Shown: positions 8,500 through 16,926, numbered from the stretch's first letter. The stretch is 35,071 nucleotides of DNA from an uncultured virus (IMG/VR IMGVR_UViG_3300034120_000663) (IMGVR_UViG_3300034120_000663); one strand, 5' to 3'. Notes: generated by a model not told the origin, from the letters alone. A program made the numbers and translations.

Positions 8500-9511
8500 C
8501 TGGACAACCTTTAAGAAGAGCATCACCTCTCACGGTCGTGTTCTTCCGCTTATTGAGCGTATTGCCATGCGTGAAAACGCAGACAATCAAAGTAAGCGAG
8601 ACACTACCTACCTGCATCCGTCAGAGATCTGCAAAGATAACTGGTGCCCACGGTCGTCCTTCTATCGACTCACTGGGGAGGAAGAGAAAGAAGAGGTACT
8701 GGCCTTCTCACTGTTGAACGTGTTTGCTGAGGGCAACATGATCCACGATAAGTATCAGCGCTGGCTAGGTGACGCTGGGGTTCTTATTGGTATGTGGGTG
8801 TGTACCGTATGCAAGGCCAAGCACGAAGGAAAGCGCCCCACCATCTGTGGTGTAGGTGGATGCACAGTCTCAGATCCCCGCCTCTTTCGGTACAGAGAAG
8901 TGCCCATCTTCAATGAAGATCACCACGTAATCGGCCATAGCGATGGTCTCATTGAGGACAGTAAGGGCAGGGCGCTGATTGAGATCAAGTCAGTAGGAGT
9001 AGGTACACTGCGCTTTGAAGCGCCCTCCATCTCTACTGCGTTGGGCAAGGGAGAGATGACGCTGGAGCAGGCGTGGTCTGCTATTCGTTATCCGTTCCCT
9101 ACCCATATTCGCCAGGGCCAGTTGTACATGTACTTCACTGGTGTTCACACCATCATCTACGTGTACGAGTGTAAGTGGAACCAACAGGTGAAGGAGTTCA
9201 CCGTCCACTTAGACGTATCAAAGATTGAGAACATCCTCCAAGGGTGCCTAGCGGTGAAGAGCGCCCTCAGTAGAGGTAAGCAGCCACCACGACCAATATG
9301 GGCGCAGGAAGACAACGCAGTTTGCAAGAAGTGCCCGTTCTACGAAAAGTGCTGGAGCAATGAAGATCATCAGACAAGCAGCGGAAGATCAAGCGGTAGT
9401 GAACTTCAAGAAGAAGTTCTCGTTGCCGACGAAGCCCTCGGAAGAGGTACCGGAACTACCAAGGCGATTAGACGAACTGTCCGACCAAGACCTGATGGAG
9501 TTGTACTCTGA
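8483..9511 (+). CDS. Cas4-like PD-(D/E)XK exonuclease
   Basis: HPSEIC...CPR, GHSDG..LIEIKS, QGQLYM, C-terminal CKKCPFYEKCW. Confidence 0.85.
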   Translation: MKNKPDWTTFKKSITSHGRVLPLIERIAMRENADNQSKRDTTYLHPSEICKDNWCPRSSFYRLTGEEEKEEVLAFSLLNVFAEGNMIHDKYQRWLGDAGVLIGMWVCTVCKAKHEGKRPTICGVGGCTVSDPRLFRYREVPIFNEDHHVIGHSDGLIEDSKGRALIEIKSVGVGTLRFEAPSISTALGKGEMTLEQAWSAIRYPFPTHIRQGQLYMYFTGVHTIIYVYECKWNQQVKEFTVHLDVSKIENILQGCLAVKSALSRGKQPPRPIWAQEDNAVCKKCPFYEKCWSNEDHQTSSGRSSGSELQEEVLVADEALGRGTGTTKAIRRTVRPRPDGVVL

Positions 9512-9854
9512 GTACGTCTCCTGGGTGTCTTACACAAAGGCTCAGTTGGTTCTCGCAGAGATCGACGAGGAGAGAGAACTGTCTGCGCTGGAGGGCATGT
9601 CAGCGGTCAAGTTGCTTGACCAGTATGACCCCTCGGTTAAGGGAGAACTGGCGACGGTGATGAAGGCTCGTAGGGACTCAGACCCCGAAATCCTCAGCCA
9701 AAAAGACAAGCACAGAGAGTTCCGTATGTACCGTAAGTTGGTTGAAACGGTCTTCGATAAGTGCGAACGAAACGCAAACCTTCTGAGCAGGGAACTGAGT
9801 AGAAGGATTGGAATGTCCAACACTACTAGCAAACACAACAGGTACATGCCATGA
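9360..9854 (+). CDS. helical hypothetical (possibly UvsY-like recombination mediator)
   Basis: GGAG SD; coiled-coil character; position in the recombination cluster. Function is a guess. Confidence 0.65.
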   Translation: MKIIRQAAEDQAVVNFKKKFSLPTKPSEEVPELPRRLDELSDQDLMELYSEYVSWVSYTKAQLVLAEIDEERELSALEGMSAVKLLDQYDPSVKGELATVMKARRDSDPEILSQKDKHREFRMYRKLVETVFDKCERNANLLSRELSRRIGMSNTTSKHNRYMP

Positions 9855-10048
9855 CAAAGAACGTTGAAGAACGCCCTCGCCGTGCCCACGTATTCATCGA
9901 ACTCAACGCATACGGTAGCGAAACGCATCTTGAGAACACAGTAAAGAAACTGTTCAAGGAACTTGAGTTGCAACGATTTGAGATTACCATGAAGCGGTGG
10001 TACGACATGGATGACCCCTTTACCCCCATCATCGATTACGATGAGTAA
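9851..10048 (+). CDS. hypothetical protein
   Basis: ATGA overlap upstream, short overlap downstream. Confidence 0.6.
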   Translation: MTKNVEERPRRAHVFIELNAYGSETHLENTVKKLFKELELQRFEITMKRWYDMDDPFTPIIDYDE

Positions 10049-10400
10049 GTCAGGAAGAAAAGGCACCAAGGGAGAGACTGATCGCGTCAACTACTTCAAG
10101 TCTCGTGGATGGAAGTACGCAACACGCATCCCAAAAGCCGGTGCCAAGGACAAGGGAGACCTGATTCTTGATCAGGCTGTTCCTGTAATGATCGAATCGA
10201 AAGAAACGAAAGCGTTCACTCCTTCGACGTTCATTGCAGAGATGGAAGCGCAGATCATCAACTCTGATGCGAAGTTTGGGTTCGTGGTGGTCAAGAAGAA
10301 GGGCACGACTGACGTGGGCAAGTACTACGCCATCACCACAGTTGACCACATGATGAACCTGATCGAACAGGTATTCGACAAACCATCTCCAAACGAGTGA
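10041..10400 (+). CDS. Holliday junction resolvase (Hjc-like)
   Basis: KGTKGE....YF..RG.....R...AG.KDKGDL....IESK. Confidence 0.8.
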   Translation: MSKSGRKGTKGETDRVNYFKSRGWKYATRIPKAGAKDKGDLILDQAVPVMIESKETKAFTPSTFIAEMEAQIINSDAKFGFVVVKKKGTTDVGKYYAITTVDHMMNLIEQVFDKPSPNE

Positions 10401-10411
10401 CGTTCGTCACA
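10397..10411 (+). promoter_or_regulatory. palindrome GTGACGTTCGTCACA (CRP-box-like), copy 1
   Basis: AGTGA-N6-TCACA overlapping the stop codon; the same 15-mer recurs on the - strand at 33011-33025. Confidence 0.5.
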
Positions 10412-10436
10412 CAGTAGAGATCAACTCTCGGTTAGT

Positions 10437-10463
10437 AAACAGCCACCACATTGGTGGCTGTTT
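10437..10463 (+). terminator. intrinsic terminator-like hairpin
   Basis: AAACAGCCACCA-CAT-TGGTGGCTGTTT at the end of the replication operon. Confidence 0.7.
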
Positions 10464-10489
10464 GCGTATCGACGCACGTATTTATCTGG

Positions 10490-10498
10490 TGGTATGCT
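10490..10498 (+). promoter_or_regulatory. extended -10 promoter element
   Basis: TGGTATGCT (TGn-TAnnnT), intergenic, after the terminator. Confidence 0.5.
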
Positions 10499-10533
10499 AT
10501 CGATACGAAGTCATAACCATCTGAGGAGAAACC

Positions 10534-10812
10534 GTGGAAGACAACGTAATCGATGACGTAATCAAAGTAGGTGGTGATTCATCACCACAGAGCGTTGGTT
10601 CGGTAATCGCCCGTTCTGTATTCGGTGGTGCACAGCCCACCATTCGGGCCATTGGTGCTAGTTCGGTCAACCAGGCTGTCAAAGCGTGCGCTATTGCGCG
10701 AGGCTTCGTGGCACCACGTGGTATCGACCTGAAGTTCATCATTGGGTTCACAGACATCGAAGGCGAGAACGGCAAGACCATTTCAGCAGTGATCTTCAAG
10801 CCAGTGTGGTGA
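10534..10812 (+). CDS. spoVS: SpoVS-family protein
   Basis: IKVG..SSPQSV...AIGASSVNQAVKACAIARGFVAPRGIDL...FTDI closely matches the SpoVS consensus AIGAGA.NQAVKA.AIARGFVAPSG.DL...FTDI. Confidence 0.9.
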   Translation: MEDNVIDDVIKVGGDSSPQSVGSVIARSVFGGAQPTIRAIGASSVNQAVKACAIARGFVAPRGIDLKFIIGFTDIEGENGKTISAVIFKPVW

Positions 10813-10818
10813 GAACTC

Positions 10819-11013
10819 ATGGGTAAACTTGACGACTGGTTCAGCAGGCCAAGAGAAGAAGTAGTCAAGAGCACCATGCGTGCTGCCAAGGGGTATATGG
10901 CAGAGAAGACACAGGTGCTATCCGGTGGTCAGTTCGCCCATCCTGAGTATATGGAACATGCCGAACTGCTAGCAGAGCAGATCAAAGAAGGCAAGAAAGA
11001 AGAGGACGAATAG
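10819..11013 (+). CDS. hypothetical protein
   Basis: Tight operon packing. Confidence 0.6.
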   Translation: MGKLDDWFSRPREEVVKSTMRAAKGYMAEKTQVLSGGQFAHPEYMEHAELLAEQIKEGKKEEDE

Positions 11014-11483
11014 TGCCGTCTTTCACTTCCGCTGATCTCATCACGACTCCGCAACCCAACCCAGGGCAGTCACTCCCTACGGGCATGGCTCCTGTCTTCC
11101 GTAATGCGAAAGACGCACGGCTGGCTTCCTACGGCGAGAGTACAGACGTTAACTACCCTGACGGGTATCTGGGGACACTTCACGGTAGGCGTGAAGACAA
11201 GACGTTTACCTCTATGCGCACCAACTCGCGCTCGTACTCACGGGGAGTACACAAGGGTGAGCGGGTGAACCCAGGAGACTACGTCTGGCCCGAAGAGTTC
11301 AACCCCATGACGGGGCTGATCCTAGAGTCGCAGGGAAAGAAGTTTGCCCCTCCAGGCGCTCAGGTTGTGCAGTTGACCGCAGGTGGCAAACCAGTGCCAC
11401 GTGGTGTCTCACGCGCACAGTACGAGATGATCGACCTACAGCGAAGAAGTGCTCTCAAGACCCTAGCCCCTACTTGGCGATAA
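11013..11483 (+). CDS. hypothetical phage protein
   Basis: GAGG SD, 1-nt overlap, 156 aa. Confidence 0.75.
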   Translation: MPSFTSADLITTPQPNPGQSLPTGMAPVFRNAKDARLASYGESTDVNYPDGYLGTLHGRREDKTFTSMRTNSRSYSRGVHKGERVNPGDYVWPEEFNPMTGLILESQGKKFAPPGAQVVQLTAGGKPVPRGVSRAQYEMIDLQRRSALKTLAPTWR

Positions 11484-11523
11484 CAGTAAAGTATCCATAT
11501 CGCCCAATAAATAAGGAGTTACG

Positions 11524-11724
11524 ATGACTATCGGGCCACGACATCGCCGTGAAGGACACCCTAACCGCAAAGTAGGCCGTGAGCGCTTTACCGGCTACAT
11601 GCCACCATTTGAGAGCGAAGACATTCGTGACTCAGGTGCCCTGAGTTCCGCAGTGCGTTGGGACGAAGACCCAGAAGGAAACGAGTCGTGGAGAGGCAAG
11701 AAGTGGCTTGACTCCGACGACTGA
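11524..11724 (+). CDS. hypothetical protein
   Basis: TAAGGAG SD. Confidence 0.65.
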   Translation: MTIGPRHRREGHPNRKVGRERFTGYMPPFESEDIRDSGALSSAVRWDEDPEGNESWRGKKWLDSDD

Positions 11725-11733
11725 CCAACGTCC

Positions 11734-11961
11734 ATGATCACGCACGTCAGACAATATGGGTCGTATAACGTGCCTCAGCCGCAGGTAAAGGCGGGAGGCG
11801 CAGGTAAACCGCCTAAACCCCCTACCACACAGAAGATTGGTGGGTACGAGTCAGACGACTCTAGTTCTGACTACTACAGCCAGCGTACGTATACGTTCGG
11901 TAAGCAGTACGCCAACACACGACCAAACATGGATCAAGCCAGTTTGTGGAAGGATAAGTAA
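11734..11961 (+). CDS. low-complexity hypothetical protein
   Basis: TAATG coupling to the next gene. Confidence 0.55.
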   Translation: MITHVRQYGSYNVPQPQVKAGGAGKPPKPPTTQKIGGYESDDSSSDYYSQRTYTFGKQYANTRPNMDQASLWKDK

Positions 11962-12251
11962 TGCCCAAACCGTGGCAGTCACGCCAAGAGATGCTTGTAG
12001 ACCTGGCCTTGGAGTCCGCTCTTCAGCCAGTAGACAAGATCAAAGAGATCAGGCCACCATTCCCGGTGGCTCTGTTCCCTCAAACGCGTGGCGAGGCGCA
12101 CATGGTTCCAGGGATCAATGACGTACTGAACATCGATAGGTACGTACAGACGAACAGGTCTTGGCTCAGTGGTCTACCTGTTATGCAGCAACAGTTGTCA
12201 GAGGGAGAGTTCTCCGCTGGAGGACGATACGCTATGAATAGCATCGTATGA
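11961..12251 (+). CDS. hypothetical protein
   Basis: AAGGA SD, coupled on both sides. Confidence 0.7.
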   Translation: MPKPWQSRQEMLVDLALESALQPVDKIKEIRPPFPVALFPQTRGEAHMVPGINDVLNIDRYVQTNRSWLSGLPVMQQQLSEGEFSAGGRYAMNSIV

Positions 12252-12790
12252 GCAACACAGACGTAATGCGACAACTGGCACGTGCTATGCGTAGGTCTGG
12301 CACTATTGCTGAGTTCGACCTCAGTGCCCCACCTACTGCTTCATACGGAGAACTGCCTTTTCCTAAGGCATCCCCAGTGCGGTTTGGGTCTACTCGTGCA
12401 GGTGTTCGCCCTAACTACGGAATTAGTGGGGCGAAGATTACAACGTTTGGAAACATTACGTCGGGGGTCAAGACCGGCCTAGCAGGGAAGGGTGTCGGTA
12501 CTCAACTAGCCCTTTCAGCAGGTAAGGGCGTAGCGAGCGCTGGATCTAAGGTGGTCTCTGCCGGATCTAACTATCTGGCAAAGACACGATACGGAGCGCA
12601 GCCTGGTCAGAGCGGCCCTCCTCCTCTAGAGGTTCCCGAATGGGGTGAACTTGACGAGCCTCCTGCTCCGGCGTTCCCACCATCTTGGGATGCACCGTCT
12701 GGCATGTCTGGCGCTAAGAAGACGAGCATCGCCAGACCGAAGAAGTCAAAGACTTCTGTTGAAGGTGAGCAACTAGACCTACCCTTCTAG
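12248..12790 (+). CDS. Gly/Ser/Pro-rich hypothetical protein
   Basis: ATGA overlap; 180 aa; ends in EQLDLPF. Confidence 0.7.
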   Translation: MSNTDVMRQLARAMRRSGTIAEFDLSAPPTASYGELPFPKASPVRFGSTRAGVRPNYGISGAKITTFGNITSGVKTGLAGKGVGTQLALSAGKGVASAGSKVVSAGSNYLAKTRYGAQPGQSGPPPLEVPEWGELDEPPAPAFPPSWDAPSGMSGAKKTSIARPKKSKTSVEGEQLDLPF

Positions 12791-12799
12791 TGGTATAGT
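12791..12799 (+). promoter_or_regulatory. extended -10 promoter element
   Basis: TGGTATAGT, intergenic. Confidence 0.5.
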
Positions 12800-12830
12800 G
12801 TTGTCTATCCCGACGAGTAGGTAGGTACCT

Positions 12831-13028
12831 ATGTCTGCAAACTTTTCACGAAGCATGAACGCTGACCTCTACCTGGGGTCGCAGGTAGATGGTCGCAAGA
12901 AGACGATTTACCCCAACCGTGGCGGCACAGTAGAACAAGAGCGCCTCATTGAGCGAGCCAAAGATCTACAAGAGCAGTACGGAGTAGCGCACATGAACTA
13001 CTCGTACGCTGAGTCCTGCGGTCACTGA
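12831..13028 (+). CDS. hypothetical protein
   Basis: AGGTAGGT SD-like sequence; fills the gap. Confidence 0.6.
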   Translation: MSANFSRSMNADLYLGSQVDGRKKTIYPNRGGTVEQERLIERAKDLQEQYGVAHMNYSYAESCGH

Positions 13029-13053
13029 CAACCACTGCTAACTGGAGCACAAT

Positions 13054-13374
13054 ATGAATCAGACAATTTACATCAACAATGAAGTTGACGACGACGGAAA
13101 CCCGGCAGGCGGAACAATCCAGGGTACTGGTCTGGATATCCGCTGGCAGAGTGGCCCCCTTGGTCAAGGCGACGAGCAGCAGGAGCCGAACGGGGCTATG
13201 CTTGAATCGGTCATTACCGCTGCGATCTCTCGTTTGCTGTTCTTTCAGAACTCCAAGTTCTCCTGCCGCGAGAACGCTCATGCTCTTGCCAAACTAGAGG
13301 AGGCGTTGCACTGGCTGAACGCACGGACAGCACGCCGCATTGTTGAAGGCAAGGAAGGGACGAACGAGGTCTGA
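13054..13374 (+). CDS. tad1: Tad1-like (Acb2/Tad1 family) anti-defence nucleotide sponge
   Basis: IRWQSGP...NG...RL..FQ...FSCRENAHAL.KLEEAL.WLN.R...R...GT matches the Tad1 pattern FQ.G...HG...RL..FQ.G.F.SRENA.AL..EEALMW.N.R...R....GT. Confidence 0.8.
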   Translation: MNQTIYINNEVDDDGNPAGGTIQGTGLDIRWQSGPLGQGDEQQEPNGAMLESVITAAISRLLFFQNSKFSCRENAHALAKLEEALHWLNARTARRIVEGKEGTNEV

Positions 13375-13829
13375 TGGCTCGTCTACTTGCGTGCAAGTCC
13401 TGTGGTGTCATGTACAAGTTGCCCGACTATGACGGGCCACCTGAATATGATATGTCGCTTATCGACATCATTGACCGCCACCTAGCAAAGGCTACAGACC
13501 CTCGTCCTGAGAGTCACATCTCCCTCATCTTCCGCTGTGATGATGAGACTGCATCTAAACTGGACGTTGAGACCGCTCTTAAGAGTGAACTAGCGAAGTA
13601 CAACGTTGAAGTGCATGAGTTGCGGGATGACCTCAAGGTAGAAGCATTGCGTTGCTTTGACCGGCACAGCCGACCAAAGCAAGGGTGTATCGACTACGAG
13701 GACGACTCAAAGACCATTGGTCGCAAGGCGGGCATCCCTAAGGATAAGCGCATGTACCTGTGCCACTTCTGCCCAGCACAGGACTTCGTTACCCACGGTC
13801 TTCGTGTAAAGAAGGGCATGTACGACTAA
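13374..13829 (+). CDS. Cys/His-rich hypothetical protein
   Basis: CKSC...H...C..H...C...CHFCP; TGATG coupling. Confidence 0.75.
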   Translation: MARLLACKSCGVMYKLPDYDGPPEYDMSLIDIIDRHLAKATDPRPESHISLIFRCDDETASKLDVETALKSELAKYNVEVHELRDDLKVEALRCFDRHSRPKQGCIDYEDDSKTIGRKAGIPKDKRMYLCHFCPAQDFVTHGLRVKKGMYD

Positions 13830-14311
13830 TGCTCGTGATGCACCTGGACGTTCTAGCGTTACCAGGGGATAGCGTCGCAGCCCGCCAACCTTCACTAGAA
13901 GGAAGGCGTTTGTGGAACATCCTATTCCCAGCATTCTCTGGGCGCATTGTGCTGCTAGCAGACAGCGGCACTAACGACGAACTTCTTCTCTCTTGGCTAA
14001 AGAGCGAAGGGTACAAACCGTCTATGGTGCATACCGCTAAAGAGATGCACACCGTAGGCTCTAACTCCAGAGCGGATGCCGTGTGGGATCTTTCTGCGGT
14101 GATTGGGAAGGTCACGTGGTACGTGGACGTAGACCCAGAGACGTGTGCCTACGTAATTGCTAAAGGCGTACCCACACTTCTAGTGGCGGTTCCCACCATC
14201 TCCCGGCCAGAATGGCGAGAGCCAAAGGCTGTTCGTGGGTGGGACAAGATCACCCAAGAGATCGATCAGCAGCAGCGTGCTCGCGCCGAACGAGAGTGGG
14301 TAGAGGAATGA
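13829..14311 (+). CDS. degenerate HAD-fold-like protein
   Basis: MLVMHLDVL start strand and WYVDVDP...GVPTLLV end resemble HAD motifs I and IV; the first catalytic Asp is missing. Confidence 0.55.
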   Translation: MLVMHLDVLALPGDSVAARQPSLEGRRLWNILFPAFSGRIVLLADSGTNDELLLSWLKSEGYKPSMVHTAKEMHTVGSNSRADAVWDLSAVIGKVTWYVDVDPETCAYVIAKGVPTLLVAVPTISRPEWREPKAVRGWDKITQEIDQQQRARAEREWVEE

Positions 14312-15735
14312 AACTCTGGCTTGGCGGAGGCGAGAAAAGCGCCCATCGATCTATGCTGCTCGCATCAGGAGTGAAGCGGGTAGCGGTAAACCTTACTCAT
14401 CTACCTGTTCCAAAGAAGAAAGAGTTCGTCATCTCCTCTGTGTTTCCGAACGCAGAGGTTCTTCTTTACACGTCAGAGAACGACGAGCAACTGGATAAGT
14501 ACGACGAGTTCGTACGTACGCACGCAGATCATCTCAGTGTCGTTATCGGTCGTCCCGACTACAATGGAGACTGGCTAGGGAGCAAGTACGTTCCTATTTG
14601 GAACGATGACCAGGACGTAGAGCGTCTTGCCTTCCTGTGCCAGAAGCACAGCCGTGTAGCGGTGTCAGACAAGGCAATCACGCCTAAGACCATGCCGAGG
14701 ATCAAGCAGTTGTCTTCACGGTGGAGCACTGAGTTGGTGGGCATCACCAGCAAGACAGACTTCATCGAACAGATTGAGTGGGCTGACGTAGTAGTCAATT
14801 CGTGGACAAGTTCTGTCCGCTACGGAGAGACGCAAGTGTTTGACGGGCACGGGATGCGTCGGTACCCAGCACAGAGCAAAGAGACTGCTAGGCGAGCGCA
14901 TAGATCTGACATCGCACGTCTTGGTGTTGACGTGGAAGCAGTGCTATCGGATGACGCTCACTCGCTAGGAGAACTTGCCATCAAGTCGTGGCTTGCCTGG
15001 GAGGCAAACAAATTGGCCTATGACCCCTCCAACACTGAAGACGAAGATGAGTTCCGTGCACCATCTCTTGAGGGATTAGCAACTATTCCTGAAAAACCCC
15101 ATACCCCCCATTCAGGGGATTCTGGTAGGTCAAGTATTGCTATCGCGAGGGTAAATAAGCGGCACGAAAGCGAGAAGGAATTGCTACCCGTAATGGGTAT
15201 CGAAACCATCACTTCGCTGGGGTCGCAGACCTATACAAATGAAGGGGAAGAACTAGAAATCGACCCCGAAACGGTTCCGATCATTCGGTCTTCTTCCGAG
15301 TCAGTTCGGCAATGCAATAGTTGCTATCTCGCCTCAAAGTGCCCTGGTTTCAGAGAAGATGCAGACTGCGCATACCGCATGCCAGTTGAGATCAGGACTA
15401 AGGATCAACTCCAGGCTGCACTTCGCAGCATTCTTGAGATGCAAGTTGGGCGAATCATGTTTGCTCGCTTTGCAGAAGAACTAGAAGGACAGGGTGTCGA
15501 CGTACAACTCTCCAAAGAAATGGAGAGGTTCTTCAAGATGGTTGAGCAGTTCAAAGACATATCCGATACCCGAGAGTTCGTTCGCATGGAGATTGAGACC
15601 AGATCTAGTTCCGGTGTTCTTTCACGACTGTTCGGATCTAAGGTAGGAGAGTCTGCTAGGGAACTCCCGCAGCACATTGGCACGTTTGAAATCGACTCAG
15701 TAGCATCATCCATTCTGGATCAAGATGATGTTTGA
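14308..15735 (+). CDS. large hypothetical: possible degenerate TGT-like barrel plus Cys-cluster domain
   Basis: GAGG SD, ATGA overlap; SW.S..RYGE..VFDG; CNSC-x4-C-x8-C. Confidence 0.7.
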   Translation: MKLWLGGGEKSAHRSMLLASGVKRVAVNLTHLPVPKKKEFVISSVFPNAEVLLYTSENDEQLDKYDEFVRTHADHLSVVIGRPDYNGDWLGSKYVPIWNDDQDVERLAFLCQKHSRVAVSDKAITPKTMPRIKQLSSRWSTELVGITSKTDFIEQIEWADVVVNSWTSSVRYGETQVFDGHGMRRYPAQSKETARRAHRSDIARLGVDVEAVLSDDAHSLGELAIKSWLAWEANKLAYDPSNTEDEDEFRAPSLEGLATIPEKPHTPHSGDSGRSSIAIARVNKRHESEKELLPVMGIETITSLGSQTYTNEGEELEIDPETVPIIRSSSESVRQCNSCYLASKCPGFREDADCAYRMPVEIRTKDQLQAALRSILEMQVGRIMFARFAEELEGQGVDVQLSKEMERFFKMVEQFKDISDTREFVRMEIETRSSSGVLSRLFGSKVGESARELPQHIGTFEIDSVASSILDQDDV

Positions 15736-16159
15736 CGATGGCCTTGATCCAGAAACGTGGCGGTCAGACGCTGCCTTGTGTAATGGGTACCACAACGCAC
15801 TATGGTATCCACCTGTTGATCCATCTGTCCCAGCACACACTGACGTTGGGAAGTTGGTCTGCGAAAGGTGCACAGCGTGGAAGAGGTGCCTCCATGAGGG
15901 CATGGATGAGCGATGGGGCATCTGGGGAGGGCTTTCCCCCAGCGAACGAGAAGCGATAGGTACCCATCGTAGCCACAACGACATTGGTGCCCGTCACGGC
16001 ACCATCGTGCGGTACCGCCAAGGGTGTAGGTGCGCTATGTGTGTCGATAAAGAAGACGAAAAGCGGCCATTCATCAATATGTCAGTGTTGCCGAAGGTCA
16101 ATGACGACCTACCTGCTCCAGCAGTACTAAAGGTACTTGTGCGTAAATCATCGAACTAA
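15725..16159 (+). CDS. whiB: WhiB-family regulator with C-terminal HGT...CRCxxC extension
   Basis: W...A.C...CERC.....C...GIWGGLS..ER, then HGTIVRYRQGCRCAMC. Confidence 0.85.
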   Translation: MMFDDGLDPETWRSDAALCNGYHNALWYPPVDPSVPAHTDVGKLVCERCTAWKRCLHEGMDERWGIWGGLSPSEREAIGTHRSHNDIGARHGTIVRYRQGCRCAMCVDKEDEKRPFINMSVLPKVNDDLPAPAVLKVLVRKSSN

Positions 16160-16160
16160 C

Positions 16161-16190
16161 GTGACAGTTGTGTTACGTGGATGGTAGAGT
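16161..16190 (+). promoter_or_regulatory. sigma70-type promoter
   Basis: GTGACA-18 nt-TAGAGT with a TGn extension. Confidence 0.5.
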
Positions 16191-16194
16191 AGTC

Positions 16195-16310
16195 CCCGTC
16201 ATCAACAACTCCTGGCTACGAGGCGTGGCAGCCCGACCAGGATTCATCGCTCTTACCGACACTTCGCATTGTCGGTAATAGAAGCATTGTGTTGTAGTTG
16301 GTAAGGGCAT
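16195..16310 (+). ncRNA. candidate structured 5' leader RNA
   Basis: Stems TCCTGG/CCAGGA, GCTACG/CGTGGC, TTACCGACA/TGTCGGTAA and ATCAAC/GTTGGT. Confidence 0.35.
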
Positions 16311-16326
16311 TACGGAGGTATATCTC

Positions 16327-16896
16327 ATGTTCAAGCAACTCATGTTTAGCGCTGCGCTAGTCACTACGCCGATTCAGTGCGGCAACCTTGTCCCAGAAGT
16401 GTCGGGTAGTGCAGTAGATACAGTCAACTCTCTCCCGTACTCGTGGGGTTCGGAAGAACCGGCCGTTCAGGCGTATCGAATCGTTGCAGCGGAGCGAGGG
16501 TGGACAAAGAATGCCATTGATGCATGGGAGCCAATGGTCTCTGACATCATGCGTGGAGAGACTGGCTATTGCTGGAATGTCCGTAGAGGCGCACGACTCG
16601 GCAACCACGGCCAGGACTGTCTCATCGTGAGACAGGGTCGGGGAAGCGACTCAGGATTCGGCCAGGTGATCAGGAAGTACCATTACGGCCCTGGTAAGTA
16701 CCTTTGCGTGAAAGAGGGTCTCTGCTCAGCAGACGCAATCGTCAGTTCCCCGTGGAACTCAATGGTCTCTTTAGTTTCTGCCATTGAGCATCATGGAAAG
16801 CAGCCGTGGTGCTACTCAGCAAGCGCCCGCAAACTCCATAAAACGTGCAAGTTTGCTCCGAAACTAAACCCCCTAGACCCTGCCTGGGCAGTATAA
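16327..16896 (+). CDS. secreted lytic transglycosylase/lysozyme-like protein
   Basis: Signal-like N-terminus; IMRGETG (catalytic Glu), DSGFGQV (GLxQ-like), G.QPW; GGAGG SD. Confidence 0.7.
   Translation: MFKQLMFSAALVTTPIQCGNLVPEVSGSAVDTVNSLPYSWGSEEPAVQAYRIVAAERGWTKNAIDAWEPMVSDIMRGETGYCWNVRRGARLGNHGQDCLIVRQGRGSDSGFGQVIRKYHYGPGKYLCVKEGLCSADAIVSSPWNSMVSLVSAIEHHGKQPWCYSASARKLHKTCKFAPKLNPLDPAWAV
16617..16635. repeat. GTCTCA-N3-TGAGAC palindrome copy 3 (intragenic)
   Basis: CTGTCTCA-TCG-TGAGACAG. Confidence 0.85.
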
Positions 16897-16926
16897 TTAA
16901 GTATCCATTCACACAAGGAGAACAAC

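Noticed and set aside
8483..9511. CRISPR-Cas system suggested by the Cas4-like gene
   Set aside because: No repeat-spacer array or other cas genes; solo Cas4-like nucleases are common in phage recombination modules.
10397..10411. matS site
   Set aside because: The spacer is 4 nt rather than 3, and MatP is a gammaproteobacterial system.
16190..16250. c-di-AMP (ydaO) riboswitch
   Set aside because: The faint TGAATCC...GGA...GGGGA resemblance is antisense to the gene and the CAGCTAAC element is absent.
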